Positions 20,052 through 30,333 of a DNA stretch of 64,000 nucleotides are shown here, piece by piece (the first letter of the stretch is position 1; each line of letters begins with the position of its first letter). Position numbers and translations under genes: made by a program. Source of the DNA: Roseibacillus sp. (lineage in GTDB: Bacteria > Verrucomicrobiota > Verrucomicrobiia > Verrucomicrobiales > Akkermansiaceae); assembly GCA_965242925.1 (NCBI GenBank), contig CBDEUM010000030.1, positions 224,001-288,000 of the forward strand. Direction: 5' to 3'. The notes below the pieces were generated by a model, which had not been told where the DNA came from, did no database searches, and saw only the letters and a program-made list of their open reading frames with translations.

Positions 20052-20322
20052 GGGCTCCCCACAGGCAGCAATCGCCTCCCGGATTCGAATAAAGCATATC
20101 TCAATCTCTAATATTCAAGTATCAGGCATCAGCATCGAATCCTTTCCGGGTGGCCAAGTGTGGAGTCTGGGAGTCCCGATTTTCTGGTTTCTCCACCCCC
20201 AGCGCCAGTCAATGGCCCCTTGCAAATACGGATTCTGACCGCACAGTGCCTTGCCCTTGGCGGCCCCTCCGTGTATGGAACCGGCCGCTTTTCACAGCAT
20301 TTTCAATGGCTCCCCTCCCCTC

Positions 20323-23300
20323 ATGATCAAGTGGATCCTCCAGAAGATCGTCGGATCGAAACATCAGCGCGAAGTAAAGCGCATGTGGCCGATAGCGGCC
20401 AAAATCAACAAGATCGAAGAGACCCTTCAAAAAGAGTCTCTCGACACCATTCAGGAAAAGGTCGCGGTCTGGCAGAAACACCTCCACCGCTATCTCCCCC
20501 TGGAGACTGCCACCAAGCGTGAGATCGAACAGATGGACGCCGGCCAGCTCACCGAGATGGCTGCGCGAATTGGGCAACACCTCGGCTCTCTGCGTGAGGA
20601 ATTTCCAGATCTTCCTGACCGGGTGGGCGCGGATCCAGAATCAATCGAGAACGCCAAAGAGGCCTTCCGCGAAATTGAGGACCGCTTTCCCGTTCTGCGC
20701 AGGAAGTATCTCGACTCGATTCTCCCCGAGGCGTTTGCGGTGGTGAAAAACGCCTCCCGGCGCCTCGTCGGGGAAACCATTGAGGTCTGCGATCAACCCA
20801 TGGAGTGGGACATGGTGCACTTCGACGTGCAGCTAATCGGCGGAATCGCCCTCCACCGCAAGATGATCGCGGAGATGCGGACCGGAGAAGGCAAGACCCT
20901 GGTGGCAACCCTTCCCGTCTTTCTGAATGCCCTGACCGGACTCGGCGTGCACGTGGTAACCGTCAACGATTACCTGGCCCGACGCGATTCCGAATGGATG
21001 GGGACGATCTTCAAGTTTCTCGATCTCACCGTGGGATGCATTCAGAACCAGCAAGCCCCGCCCATCCGCCGCGAGCAGTACGGCTGCGATATCACCTACG
21101 GCACCAATTCCGAGTTCGGCTTCGACTACCTGCGAGACAACGGGATGGCCTCCTCGCAGGACGAGCAGGTGCAGCGTCCGCACTACTTCGCCATCATTGA
21201 CGAAGTCGACTCCATCCTCATCGACGAAGCGCGCACCCCTCTCATCATTTCGGGTCCGTCCGTCATGAGCTCCTCCACTGAACAGTATGTCCGCCATAAG
21301 CCGCTGGTGGAACAGCTTGTCAAACGCCAGAATGCGCTCTGCAACGAATTGGCGGCCCAGGCCAAGAAGCACCTCGAGAACGAAGAAGAGGAAGAAGCAG
21401 GGCGCTGTCTCTTCAAGATCAGGCAGGGCCAGCCCCGCAACCGCCAACTCATGCGCCTGATGGAAGATCCTGATCTGCGCCGGCTGGTGCAGAAGAGTGA
21501 GCTCTCCATGTATCAGGATGCGCAGAAAAAGGAACTCTTCGCGGTGAAGGAGGAACTCTACTTTACCATCGACGAGAAGGGCCACGACGCCGACCTGATG
21601 GAAATGGGAAGGGAATATCTCTCCCCCGATGAGCCTGAGGCCTTCATCCTTCCCGATCTGGCCGAGGCCTTTGCCGAAATCGACGCCAATCCCGATCTCG
21701 ATGAGGAAGCCGCTCAGAAGGAAAAGAAGACAGTCGAGGAGAATCTCGATCGCCGGGGCGAAAAAATGCACTCCATCTCGCAGCTCCTGAAGGCCTACTG
21801 CCTCTTTGAGAAGGATGTCGAGTATGTCGTGCAGGACAACAAGGTCATTATCGTCGACGAAAACACCGGTCGAGAGATGCCTGGCCGCCGCTGGTCCGAC
21901 GGACTTCACCAGGCGGTGGAAGCAAAGGAAGGCGTCGAAATCGAGCGTGAAACGCAGACCTACGCCACCATCACGATCCAGAACTACTTTCCGTCTCTAC
22001 GAGAAACTGGCCGGCATGACCGGAACAGCTGAAACGGAGGCCGCCGAGTTTTCCGACATCTACCGTCTCGACGTTCTTCCCATTCCCCCCAATGAGCCGA
22101 ATCAGCGTGACGACCTCAACGATCAGGTCTTCAAGACGCGGCGGGAAAAATACAATGCCGTGGTCAACGCCATCCAGTCAAGCCACCAGGCAGGACAACC
22201 CGTTCTGGTGGGAACCGCCTCCGTGGATGCTTCCGAGACCCTTTCGCGCATGCTCAAGCGTGCCAAGATTCCACACTCGGTACTCAACGCCAAATATCAC
22301 CGGCAAGAGGCCGAGATCGTAATCCGGGCAGGACAGAAGGGATCCGTAACGGTCTCCACCAACATGGCGGGCCGTGGAACCGACATCAAACTGGCGGATG
22401 GTGTTCCCGATCTCGGAGGTCTCATGGTGGTAGGTACCGAGCGCCACGAATCAAGGCGTATCGACCGTCAGCTCCGCGGACGTTGTGCCCGGCAGGGCGA
22501 TCCCGGCGCCTCGCAGTTCTTCATCTCTTTCGAAGACGATCTCATGCGCAACTTTGCCGCGGCCGAGAGAATGACCAGCATGATGGAACGCTTCGGCATG
22601 GAAGACGGCGAGGCCCTCGAGCACCGTTGGCTCAATCGCTCGGTGGAAACCGCCCAGAAGCGCGTGGAACAGCTCCACTACCGACGCCGGAAGTACGTCC
22701 TGGACTTTGACGACGTCATGAACAACCAGCGCGAGGTCGTCTATGGCTACCGGAACGAGGTGCTTGCCTCGGAAGATCCCCGCGAGCTCATCTACGAGAT
22801 CGTTGACAAGGTCATCCCTTCCCACGTTGAGAGTTACCTCATCGACCGCGATGAGGGCTCGCCCGACTACAACGAACTCATCGGATGGGCCAATACCACC
22901 TTTCCCATTCACCTCGACCGCTCTCCCGAGACCTTTGACGGAAAGGACCCCGGGGAAATCAGCGAGCTCCTCATCGAAAAGGTGAAGACGGCCTACGAGC
23001 TCAAGATCCAGGTGGAGGATCCTGCCCTCCTTGACCAACTCGAACGCCACATCATCATGGTGGCCATCGACCGCCTCTGGCAGGAACACCTCTATAACAT
23101 GGATGCCCTGCGGGATGGCGTACACCTCAGGGCCCAGGGCCAGAAGGACCCTCTCGTGGAATACAAGAACGAGGCCTACAACCTGTTCGTCACCCTCATG
23201 GACAGCATTGAGGGCGAGGTGTTGAACAATCTCTTCCGGAGCACCACCAACCTCGAGAAATTCGAACAGTTCCTGCACGATCTTCCCTTTGAGATGAACG

Positions 23301-23506
23301 ACCAGGAAGGCCATACGGGCGGGATTGGTTCCGGCCATCTGGCCACCTCCGGACCGGCCGCCGAATCCGGCGGGGCTCAGGGTGACAGGGGCGGACTTAA
23401 ACTCAACATTCCAAAACGCCGTCCCAGCATAAAGGTGAGCCGCAACGAACCCTGCCCGTGCGGATCGGAAAAGAAATACAAGATGTGCTGTGGACGCCAA
23501 GCCTAG
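20323..23506 (+). CDS. secA: Protein translocase subunit SecA, interrupted by one extra base near 21990
   Basis: [27 protein letters not shown] and QNYF in one frame; [37 protein letters not shown] and [17 protein letters not shown] in the next frame. Confidence 0.93.
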
Positions 23507-23571
23507 CATCCGGCAGGCGAGAGACGCAGGTTTGCGACCTGAAATTCCCGCTGTTGCTACAAAATCTCCGC

Positions 23572-23600
23572 TTGACGGCCTCGTCGAGCCTTCCTAGTCT
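23572..23600 (+). promoter_or_regulatory. Sigma70-like promoter of rpsU
   Basis: TTGACG-17 nt-TAGTCT. Confidence 0.65.
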
Positions 23601-23646
23601 CCGCGCCTCCAGTGAAGGGGCTGAATTTATCTATTCCTCTATTCGT

Positions 23647-23928
23647 ATGGCAAAAAGTCACGAGCGCGGCATCCAGGTAAAGAAGGGCGAGTCTGTCGAC
23701 CGGGCCCTCAAGCGGTTGAAGCAAAAGCTCGACACGGAGGGAATCATTGAGGAAATGCGTCGCCGTCGGGCCTTTGAAACGCCTACCCAACGCAAGATCC
23801 GCAAGCACCGCACCGCCATCAAACGCAACCGTGTGCGCTGGCGCTATGTCTCGGAAGCGACCGAGAGGAAAATCGCAGAACGCAAGGCTGCGGCTGCCGC
23901 ACAAGCGACCCAGGGAAACCCTTCCTGA
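23647..23928 (+). CDS. rpsU: 30S ribosomal protein S21
   Basis: VKKGESVDRALKRLKQK...RRRAFETPT. Confidence 0.92.
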   Translation: MAKSHERGIQVKKGESVDRALKRLKQKLDTEGIIEEMRRRRAFETPTQRKIRKHRTAIKRNRVRWRYVSEATERKIAERKAAAAAQATQGNPS

Positions 23929-24085
23929 GTGAACGGCACCCTCTTCGAGGTGCATGCCGGTTAATATCCCATCGGAGGGGAAATCCCTTTTCTCCCGGAT
24001 CGGGTGGCCGACCACAGCAGCACTACAAGCCCTCTCCTCCTCAGTTCCCTCTTCCCGGACCGGAGGGCAACCCTCCAAGGCCGTC

Positions 24086-25336
24086 CTACCCCTCGAAGGC
24101 CTTGACGATCAGGGTGGCGTTGTGTCCTCCGAAACCGAAGCCATTGCTCGCCGCCACCTTGATCTTCGCCTCGCGGGCCTCATTCGGCACGTAGTCCAGA
24201 TCGCATTCGGGATCCTGGTTCTCCAGGTTGATTGTGGGAGGAATGACACCATCCCTAATCGCCATAATGCAGGCCGCAAGCTCAATGGCACCGGCTGCCC
24301 CGAGAAGGTGTCCGGTCATTGACTTGGTGGAACTCACTGCCAGCCCACTGGTGGCGTAATCCCCGCAAGCCACCTTGATGGCCAGGGTCTCCGCGATGTC
24401 TCCAAGGGGGGTGGAAGTGCCGTGCGCATTCAGGTAGTCGACTTCCTCAGGATTCACCTCGGCATGCTTCATCGCCATTTTCATTGCGCGGGCGGGACCG
24501 GTTCCATCTGGTGAAGGCGCACTCAGGTGATGGGCGTCGGCACTCACACCGTAGCCCGCAAGTTCTGCGTATATCCGCGCACCACGTTTCAGAGCGTGTT
24601 CCAACTCCTCCAGCACGACCACCCCGGCACCTTCCCCCATCACGAATCCGTCTCGGTCAGAATCAAACGGGCGCGAGGCGCGCTCCGGTTCGTCGTTACG
24701 ACAGCTCAGGGCCCGCATGTTGCTGAACCCGGCCAGTCCCATATCCCGGATCGAGGCCTCCGCTCCGCCCGCCAGGATGGCTTCCGCATCACCAAACTTG
24801 ATAATCCTCCACGCTTCCCCCACGGAGTTGTTGGCGGTGGCACAGGCCGTGACAATGGACATGCTGGGCCCCCCGAAACCATGCTCCATTGAAATCATTC
24901 CAGTCGCGATATTCGCGATCATCATCGGAATCACGAACGGGCTTACCCGGGCCGGTCCCTTTTCCATGAGGATGGTGTGCTGATTCACCAGAGTGTGCAG
25001 ACCCCCGATCCCGCTCCCCACCATCACTCCCACCCGGGTCTTATCCACCGCCGCAGGATCCATTCCGCTATCATTCAGCGCCATTCGGGCGGCCGGAACA
25101 GCGAACTGGGTGTAGCGATCTGACCGCCGCACATCCTTCGGATTAGAATAGAAGGGCTTGGGATCGAATTCCTTCACCTCCCCGGCGATCTGACAGGGAT
25201 AATCCGAAACGTCGCATTGCTCAATCTTCCCGATACCCGAACGACCTTCCTTGAGGCCTTCCCAAGTGGTGATCAGATCGTTCCCAAGAGGACTGATCGC
25301 ACCGATGCCGGTCACTACAACTCTGCGTTCAGACAT
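24086..25336 (-). CDS. fabF: Beta-ketoacyl-ACP synthase II
   Basis: RRVVVTGIG, TACAT, NAHGTST, GHLLGAAG and FGFGGHN motifs. Confidence 0.96.
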   Translation of the reverse strand: MSERRVVVTGIGAISPLGNDLITTWEGLKEGRSGIGKIEQCDVSDYPCQIAGEVKEFDPKPFYSNPKDVRRSDRYTQFAVPAARMALNDSGMDPAAVDKTRVGVMVGSGIGGLHTLVNQHTILMEKGPARVSPFVIPMMIANIATGMISMEHGFGGPSMSIVTACATANNSVGEAWRIIKFGDAEAILAGGAEASIRDMGLAGFSNMRALSCRNDEPERASRPFDSDRDGFVMGEGAGVVVLEELEHALKRGARIYAELAGYGVSADAHHLSAPSPDGTGPARAMKMAMKHAEVNPEEVDYLNAHGTSTPLGDIAETLAIKVACGDYATSGLAVSSTKSMTGHLLGAAGAIELAACIMAIRDGVIPPTINLENQDPECDLDYVPNEAREAKIKVAASNGFGFGGHNATLIVKAFEG

Positions 25337-25368
25337 AAGATCATCATGGCCCTGACGTGCTCAAAGCT

Positions 25369-25397
25369 TCCCTAAACCGGCGAGCGCTGTTGCGCAA
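25369..25397 (-). promoter_or_regulatory. Sigma70-like promoter of fabF
   Basis: TTGCGC-17 nt-TAGGGA. Confidence 0.5.
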
Positions 25398-25400
25398 GTC

Positions 25401-25643
25401 TCATCCCAGTCGACGATCACGACTACATGGGTTGGGGCTGGCACATTCAGGGCAGGACTGGACCGCATCCTGCCCCTCCTTCCGGTAAGCCGTTCCACAG
25501 ATGCGACAGCGCATGATATTCCGGCGTACCTCCCGGAACATGCGCCGCTCGCGAAGCTCGTCCACAAGAACCCCCAATCCTGCCCCCCCCACCACCACGG
25601 AGAGAATCATCACGAAGAATTGGGTCAAATCTAATTCGATCAT
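25401..25643 (-). CDS. Small membrane-anchored zinc-ribbon protein (80 aa)
   Basis: N-terminal TM segment, then CRIC...CPEC. The ATG lies 1 nt after the upstream stop. Confidence 0.7.
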   Translation of the reverse strand: MIELDLTQFFVMILSVVVGGAGLGVLVDELRERRMFREVRRNIMRCRICGTAYRKEGQDAVQSCPECASPNPCSRDRRLG

Positions 25644-25644
25644 G

Positions 25645-26481
25645 CTAGTCCGAATGATCCTTCTCCTCCCCTCCTGGCACCGCACGCACCCTCACCCGAA
25701 CCTCTCCCCAAACCAAAGCATCCTGGCCCGGCTTCAACCGCTGCCCTCGCAACCACCGAGCAATCAAATCATCCACCTCCCGCTCCTCAGGGTCGAGCAC
25801 CTGGCAGGTTTCGATCATACCGTGCTCGTTCACACTTACCCGAAACCTGCGATCCAGACCGAGCAGTTCCCGCGGTTGCAACCGCTCCGGTTGGTCCTGC
25901 CCTTCGGCCAGCAGATTCCGCACCGGGCTCGCTGGCGGAGGATTACCCCAACGCTCCCGGAGACCCTCGTCAACCTCGGCAATGAGGTGTCCTTCCACTT
26001 CAATGGCAGCCTTCAGCCGTGCCATGTTCTGCTTCAACTGCGGAAGCCGGGGCCGGATCGGATCGAGAATCGGAGGTAAATCACTTCCCACTGGTCTCTC
26101 TGCCGACGGATGGAGCAGAGCCTCATGTCTCGTCTCAGCCAGCAGATTGGCCTCAAGCCGTTCCATCCTGACCTGCAAAGTTCCGTCCCCCGCCGGTTCC
26201 CACCGATCAAGAAAGGGCGCCTCCTGACGAGCCCATGCCAACCAGCGACGTGATGCTTCACTTCCCGGCGTAAGCACCGTTATACGGGTCGCCTCGCGGC
26301 GCCCCCGGTTCTCCTGCGAACCTTCCACTCGGACCAGTAGGGCCCCCACGATACAAAGCACTGCCGCCAGAACGATCGCCATCATGGTTCTCCGGACGGA
26401 ACCCCTGCCAATCCGCCAGCAAAACAGCAGTCCAGCCTCTTCGTCTTCCACCGTGCGGCGACACTTACTCCTCCGCTCCAT
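25645..26481 (-). CDS. Single-TM protein with a divergent TonB-C-like C-terminus
   Basis: N-terminal TM and Pro-rich middle; C-terminus FRVSVNEHGMIETCQV...VDDLIARWLRGQRLKP; lies downstream of exbB/exbD. Confidence 0.55.
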   Translation of the reverse strand: MERRSKCRRTVEDEEAGLLFCWRIGRGSVRRTMMAIVLAAVLCIVGALLVRVEGSQENRGRREATRITVLTPGSEASRRWLAWARQEAPFLDRWEPAGDGTLQVRMERLEANLLAETRHEALLHPSAERPVGSDLPPILDPIRPRLPQLKQNMARLKAAIEVEGHLIAEVDEGLRERWGNPPPASPVRNLLAEGQDQPERLQPRELLGLDRRFRVSVNEHGMIETCQVLDPEEREVDDLIARWLRGQRLKPGQDALVWGEVRVRVRAVPGGEEKDHSD

Positions 26482-26956
26482 CCTGATCCTCCCGTGCTTC
26501 CGATTCGGGCGAATCCTCTCTCAGGTTGCGAAAGCCCGTTTTCTCCATTTCAAATCTTCCACCCAGAATCACTTCGACCCCCACCTGATCCGCCACTTTT
26601 TCAAGTTCGCTCACCAGACCGAACCTCATATCCTCGTCCAATACGGCCACTAGAACCTCAATTGCCCGCTCCTCCTTGAGTCGACTCAACTCAACCGCCA
26701 GATCCTCTAGTTCGATCTGATTCCTCCCAAGATGAAAACGTGGTTGCGGCCCACCCCGACCAAAGAGACTGACACGCTTTCCCGGAGGAATGGTATCCAT
26801 CCGCGAACTGAACTTCATCCTGTTCAGAGGCATCCCGGCCTGCTCCGCCACTGCCGGGATAAGTGCAAAGAAGATCAGGAGAACCACGAGCAGGTCAAGG
26901 ACGGCCAGGAGATACAGGGCGGAGGGCCTCTCCGGGAGTGAGATTTGGGCCTTCAC
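26465..26956 (-). CDS. ExbD/TolR-family protein
   Basis: TM segment with the conserved Asp (AVLDLLVVLLIFF); C-terminal DEDMRFGLV; coupled to exbB by a GTGA overlap. Confidence 0.75.
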   Translation of the reverse strand: MKAQISLPERPSALYLLAVLDLLVVLLIFFALIPAVAEQAGMPLNRMKFSSRMDTIPPGKRVSLFGRGGPQPRFHLGRNQIELEDLAVELSRLKEERAIEVLVAVLDEDMRFGLVSELEKVADQVGVEVILGGRFEMEKTGFRNLREDSPESEAREDQDGAEE

Positions 26957-27642
26957 GATTCTCCGCTCCGTGATTCCCTCTCCTTTTCCTGCTGTGCCTC
27001 AACCTCTTCCCTGAAGGAGACAATCTCGGAATTGGCGCGGGCGTCGACTATGAGATTGACGATCTCGATTCCCGTGCGCTGCAACCGATAGAGCAACCGC
27101 TTGGCCTTCCCCAGCATCGTCAGGTAGAAGACATAGGAGCAGGTTGCGATACAAAGCCCCGCCGCAGTCGTTAGAAGGCTCAGAAAGGTCCCCTCCGCCA
27201 GATGGGCGAGGGCGACCTCTCCTTCGGCCTCACGAATTTCCGTAAAGACGTCAAGAAGGCCCAGTGACGTCCCAAGCAATCCGGCCAGGGGTGCCACCAA
27301 CGCGATGCCGAGAAGGGCACGCAGATTCTTCTCGATACGGGGCACTTCCATACACACCGCCTCATCGGCGATTTCACGCAGATCCTTACGCTCCATATGA
27401 TGGCGGATCAGGACGCTATGCACGACCCGGCCCACCGGACCGGGCACCCTGTCCGCCTCATGAATGGCCTCCGCAAAAGCCTTGCGGCGAATATGATTCG
27501 AGATCCCCAGCAGGAAATCGGCGGCATTGACCCGCACCCCGTGAAAGTAAAGGAGCCGTTCCAGAACATAAACAATGGCAAGGAAGGCGAGGGCGGCCTG
27601 GAGCCAGAAAACCGGTCCGCCGTACTTCAGGAGCTCCGACAT
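26953..27642 (-). CDS. MotA/TolQ/ExbB proton-channel protein
   Basis: GGPVFW...ER, APLAGLLGT and LLTTAAGL motifs. Confidence 0.88.
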   Translation of the reverse strand: MSELLKYGGPVFWLQAALAFLAIVYVLERLLYFHGVRVNAADFLLGISNHIRRKAFAEAIHEADRVPGPVGRVVHSVLIRHHMERKDLREIADEAVCMEVPRIEKNLRALLGIALVAPLAGLLGTSLGLLDVFTEIREAEGEVALAHLAEGTFLSLLTTAAGLCIATCSYVFYLTMLGKAKRLLYRLQRTGIEIVNLIVDARANSEIVSFREEVEAQQEKERESRSGES

Positions 27643-27767
27643 CGTCCAATAGTATAACGTGAACCCTGCAGAATGACCAGTCGTTCTGCACCAATCGTGC
27701 AATTCTCCTTTCCACGGAACCCGGGCATTGCCCTTGACCCCATTCTCAGCTCCCTCTACGTAGCGCC

Positions 27768-28973
27768 ATGTCATTTGCTGAGCTTGGGCTCTCGGAAGGT
27801 GTCCTGAAGGCCATCGATGAGTCCGGTTACACCAATCCCACCCCTATTCAGGAGCAAGGGATTCCACTCGTCCTTGAAGGACGCGACGTTATTGGCGCCT
27901 CTCAGACAGGCACCGGAAAGACGGCCGCCTTCGCCCTCCCCGTCCTCAGCAAGCTCGAGCCGATGCCTACCCCCCAGTGCCTGGTCCTTGAACCTACCCG
28001 CGAACTTGCCCACCAGGTGTCCGAGTCCTTTGAGCACTACGGGAAGCACACCGACTGCCGGGTGGCTCTCCTGCACGGCGGTGTGGGCTACGGAAAACAG
28101 GTCGACCAGCTGGAACGGGGAGCCGACGTGGTGGTCGCTACTCCGGGACGCCTGATTGATTTGTTCTATCGCGGCACCATGCGTTTCGGCGAGATGAAGG
28201 TTCTCATCCTCGACGAGGTCGATCGCATGCTGGACATGGGCTTCCTGCCCGATGTCCGCAAGATCGTGAACCTTTGTCCCTGGGAACAGCGCCAGACACT
28301 CTTCTTTTCCGCCACCATGCCTCCGGCCATTCAAACCTTCGCGGAGTGGTGCCTCAAGGACCCGGTGGAAGTTGAGATAGCCCGTCGCGAGATACCCTCT
28401 ACCGTGACACACGCTTTTTACCCGGTCTCCATGAGCCAGCGGGATGAACTGCTCCTCTCTCTCCTTGACCAAACAGACCAAACAGACTCTCACAGCGTCA
28501 TGATCTTCACCCGTACCCGCAAGGAGGCAGACTCCGTCTCTGGTCTCCTCAAGCAGGAGGGTCATGCCAAGGTCGCGGTGATGCACTCTGATATCAAGCA
28601 GAGCGATCGCATGAAGGCTCTCAAAGGATTCAAGGAAGGATCCTATGATGTCCTCGTCGCAACCGATGTCGCTGCCCGTGGAATCGATATTTCCAATGTC
28701 ACGCACGTCATCAACTACCGCGTCCCCGAGAATGCGGAAGACTATGTCCACCGTATCGGCCGGACCGGTCGTGCCGAGCAGGAAGGCGACGCCTTCACCC
28801 TCCTCACCGCCGATGAACTCGACTTCGCAACTTCGGTTGAGCGCTTTATTGACCGGAAAATCGAGCGGAAAAAGCTGGATGGGTTCGACTATGCCTACAC
28901 TGCTCTCCTCGATAACAAGCCGGCCAGGCCAATCCGCCGCCCCCGCCGTCCGTCGGGTCGGCGCCGGAAGTAA
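27768..28973 (+). CDS. DEAD-box RNA helicase
   Basis: Q motif, QTGTGKT, PTRELA, DEVD, SAT and HRIGRTGR. Confidence 0.95.
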   Translation: MSFAELGLSEGVLKAIDESGYTNPTPIQEQGIPLVLEGRDVIGASQTGTGKTAAFALPVLSKLEPMPTPQCLVLEPTRELAHQVSESFEHYGKHTDCRVALLHGGVGYGKQVDQLERGADVVVATPGRLIDLFYRGTMRFGEMKVLILDEVDRMLDMGFLPDVRKIVNLCPWEQRQTLFFSATMPPAIQTFAEWCLKDPVEVEIARREIPSTVTHAFYPVSMSQRDELLLSLLDQTDQTDSHSVMIFTRTRKEADSVSGLLKQEGHAKVAVMHSDIKQSDRMKALKGFKEGSYDVLVATDVAARGIDISNVTHVINYRVPENAEDYVHRIGRTGRAEQEGDAFTLLTADELDFATSVERFIDRKIERKKLDGFDYAYTALLDNKPARPIRRPRRPSGRRRK

Positions 28974-29041
28974 CCTCCCCCCTTCCCGGGGCTTTTAGGA
29001 TTCTGGAATCAACCATCTGCCCTTAGGCTGTGGAGCCAGCC

Positions 29042-29545
29042 ATGCGCATCCTCGCCATCGACCCCGCCATTCGCAACACTGGTTTTGCCGTGGTTGAAGG
29101 CGATCATAGATCGCAACGGGCCCTCGATTTCAACATCATCTCTCTCCCGCAAAAGCTCCCCCAATCGGAAGCCTTGGCCGCTATTCGGAGGGGGCTCAGC
29201 AATACCATCGCGAAATGGGAACCCGATGAAGTGGCGGTGGAGGGAATCATCTATGTGCAATCCCACCGCACCGCCATCTCCATGGGAGCGGCCCGCGCTG
29301 CGGCCTTGATCGCAGCTGCCGATCATGGACTGAACGTCTACGAGTATGCCCCTCGCAAGATCAAACAGGCTGTGGTGGGCAAGGGAGGGGCTGACAAGCA
29401 ACAGGTGGCCTTCATGGTGCGGGCCCTCCTCGGGCTCGAAGAAACGCCCCCTCACGACGCTGCTGACGCCCTCGCCATTGCCCTCGCTCATCTCTTTGCC
29501 TCCGATCCTCTCAGGCAGGCCGCCCTCCCTCGAACCCAGGTCTAG
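29042..29545 (+). CDS. ruvC: Holliday junction resolvase
   Basis: ILAIDP, VAVE, KQAVVGKGGADKQQV and DAADALAIA motifs. Confidence 0.94.
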   Translation: MRILAIDPAIRNTGFAVVEGDHRSQRALDFNIISLPQKLPQSEALAAIRRGLSNTIAKWEPDEVAVEGIIYVQSHRTAISMGAARAAALIAAADHGLNVYEYAPRKIKQAVVGKGGADKQQVAFMVRALLGLEETPPHDAADALAIALAHLFASDPLRQAALPRTQV

Positions 29546-29583
29546 CCATTAGCATCGACTAATCCGATCACCCCCTCCCCGCC

Positions 29584-30252
29584 ATGATCTCCCGCTGGCT
29601 CGGCACCAACGCCCCCTATCAGACCACCCTCCAACTTCAGGAGGAACATGCCCGACAACTCCGTTCGGGGGCTATTTCTGAAACAGTTTTCCTGCTGGAG
29701 CACGCACCGGTCTATACCATCGGGCGAACGCGCGACCAGAGCAGTCTGGGAGACACCTCTCACCTTCCTCATCCTGTATTCGAGGTCAACCGTGGTGGTC
29801 AGGCCTCCTACCACGGTCCCGGACAACTGGTCGGCTATCCCATTCTCGACCTGCAAAACTACGGGAAGGACCTGCACGCCTACCTGCGCGTCCTGGAGGA
29901 ATCCCTCGTGAACACCCTCGCCGACTTCAGCATCGTAGCCCGCCGCCGCGAAGGCCTCACCGGGGTGTGGGTTGAAGACCGCAAGATCGCCAGTATCGGG
30001 GTTGGTATACGCAGGTGGGTCACGATGCACGGATTCGCCCTCAATATCAGTCCCGATTCACTCCCCCCTTTCCTCTCCATCACTCCCTGCGGGATCGATG
30101 GAGTGACCACGACCTGCCTTCATCACGAATCCAGTCAGCAACCAGATACGCAGGAGGTCGGCAAGGCCGCTCTGCACCATCTCTCCTCCAAGCTTGCCGA
30201 ACTGGCGACAAATTCAACTACTCGAACTGGCCAGCTTCCTCCACCGAAATGA
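29584..30252 (+). CDS. lipB: Lipoyl(octanoyl) transferase
   Basis: EHAPVYTIG, RGGQASYHGPGQLVGYP, KIASIG and ITPCG motifs. Confidence 0.95.
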   Translation: MISRWLGTNAPYQTTLQLQEEHARQLRSGAISETVFLLEHAPVYTIGRTRDQSSLGDTSHLPHPVFEVNRGGQASYHGPGQLVGYPILDLQNYGKDLHAYLRVLEESLVNTLADFSIVARRREGLTGVWVEDRKIASIGVGIRRWVTMHGFALNISPDSLPPFLSITPCGIDGVTTTCLHHESSQQPDTQEVGKAALHHLSSKLAELATNSTTRTGQLPPPK

Positions 30253-30333
30253 CGTGGCAGCCGGGAAAGATACACTCCCGGACCACCATTCGAGCCTGAA
30301 ATCTGGCACCCTGCCGGGAGTGGATTCCCCGGC

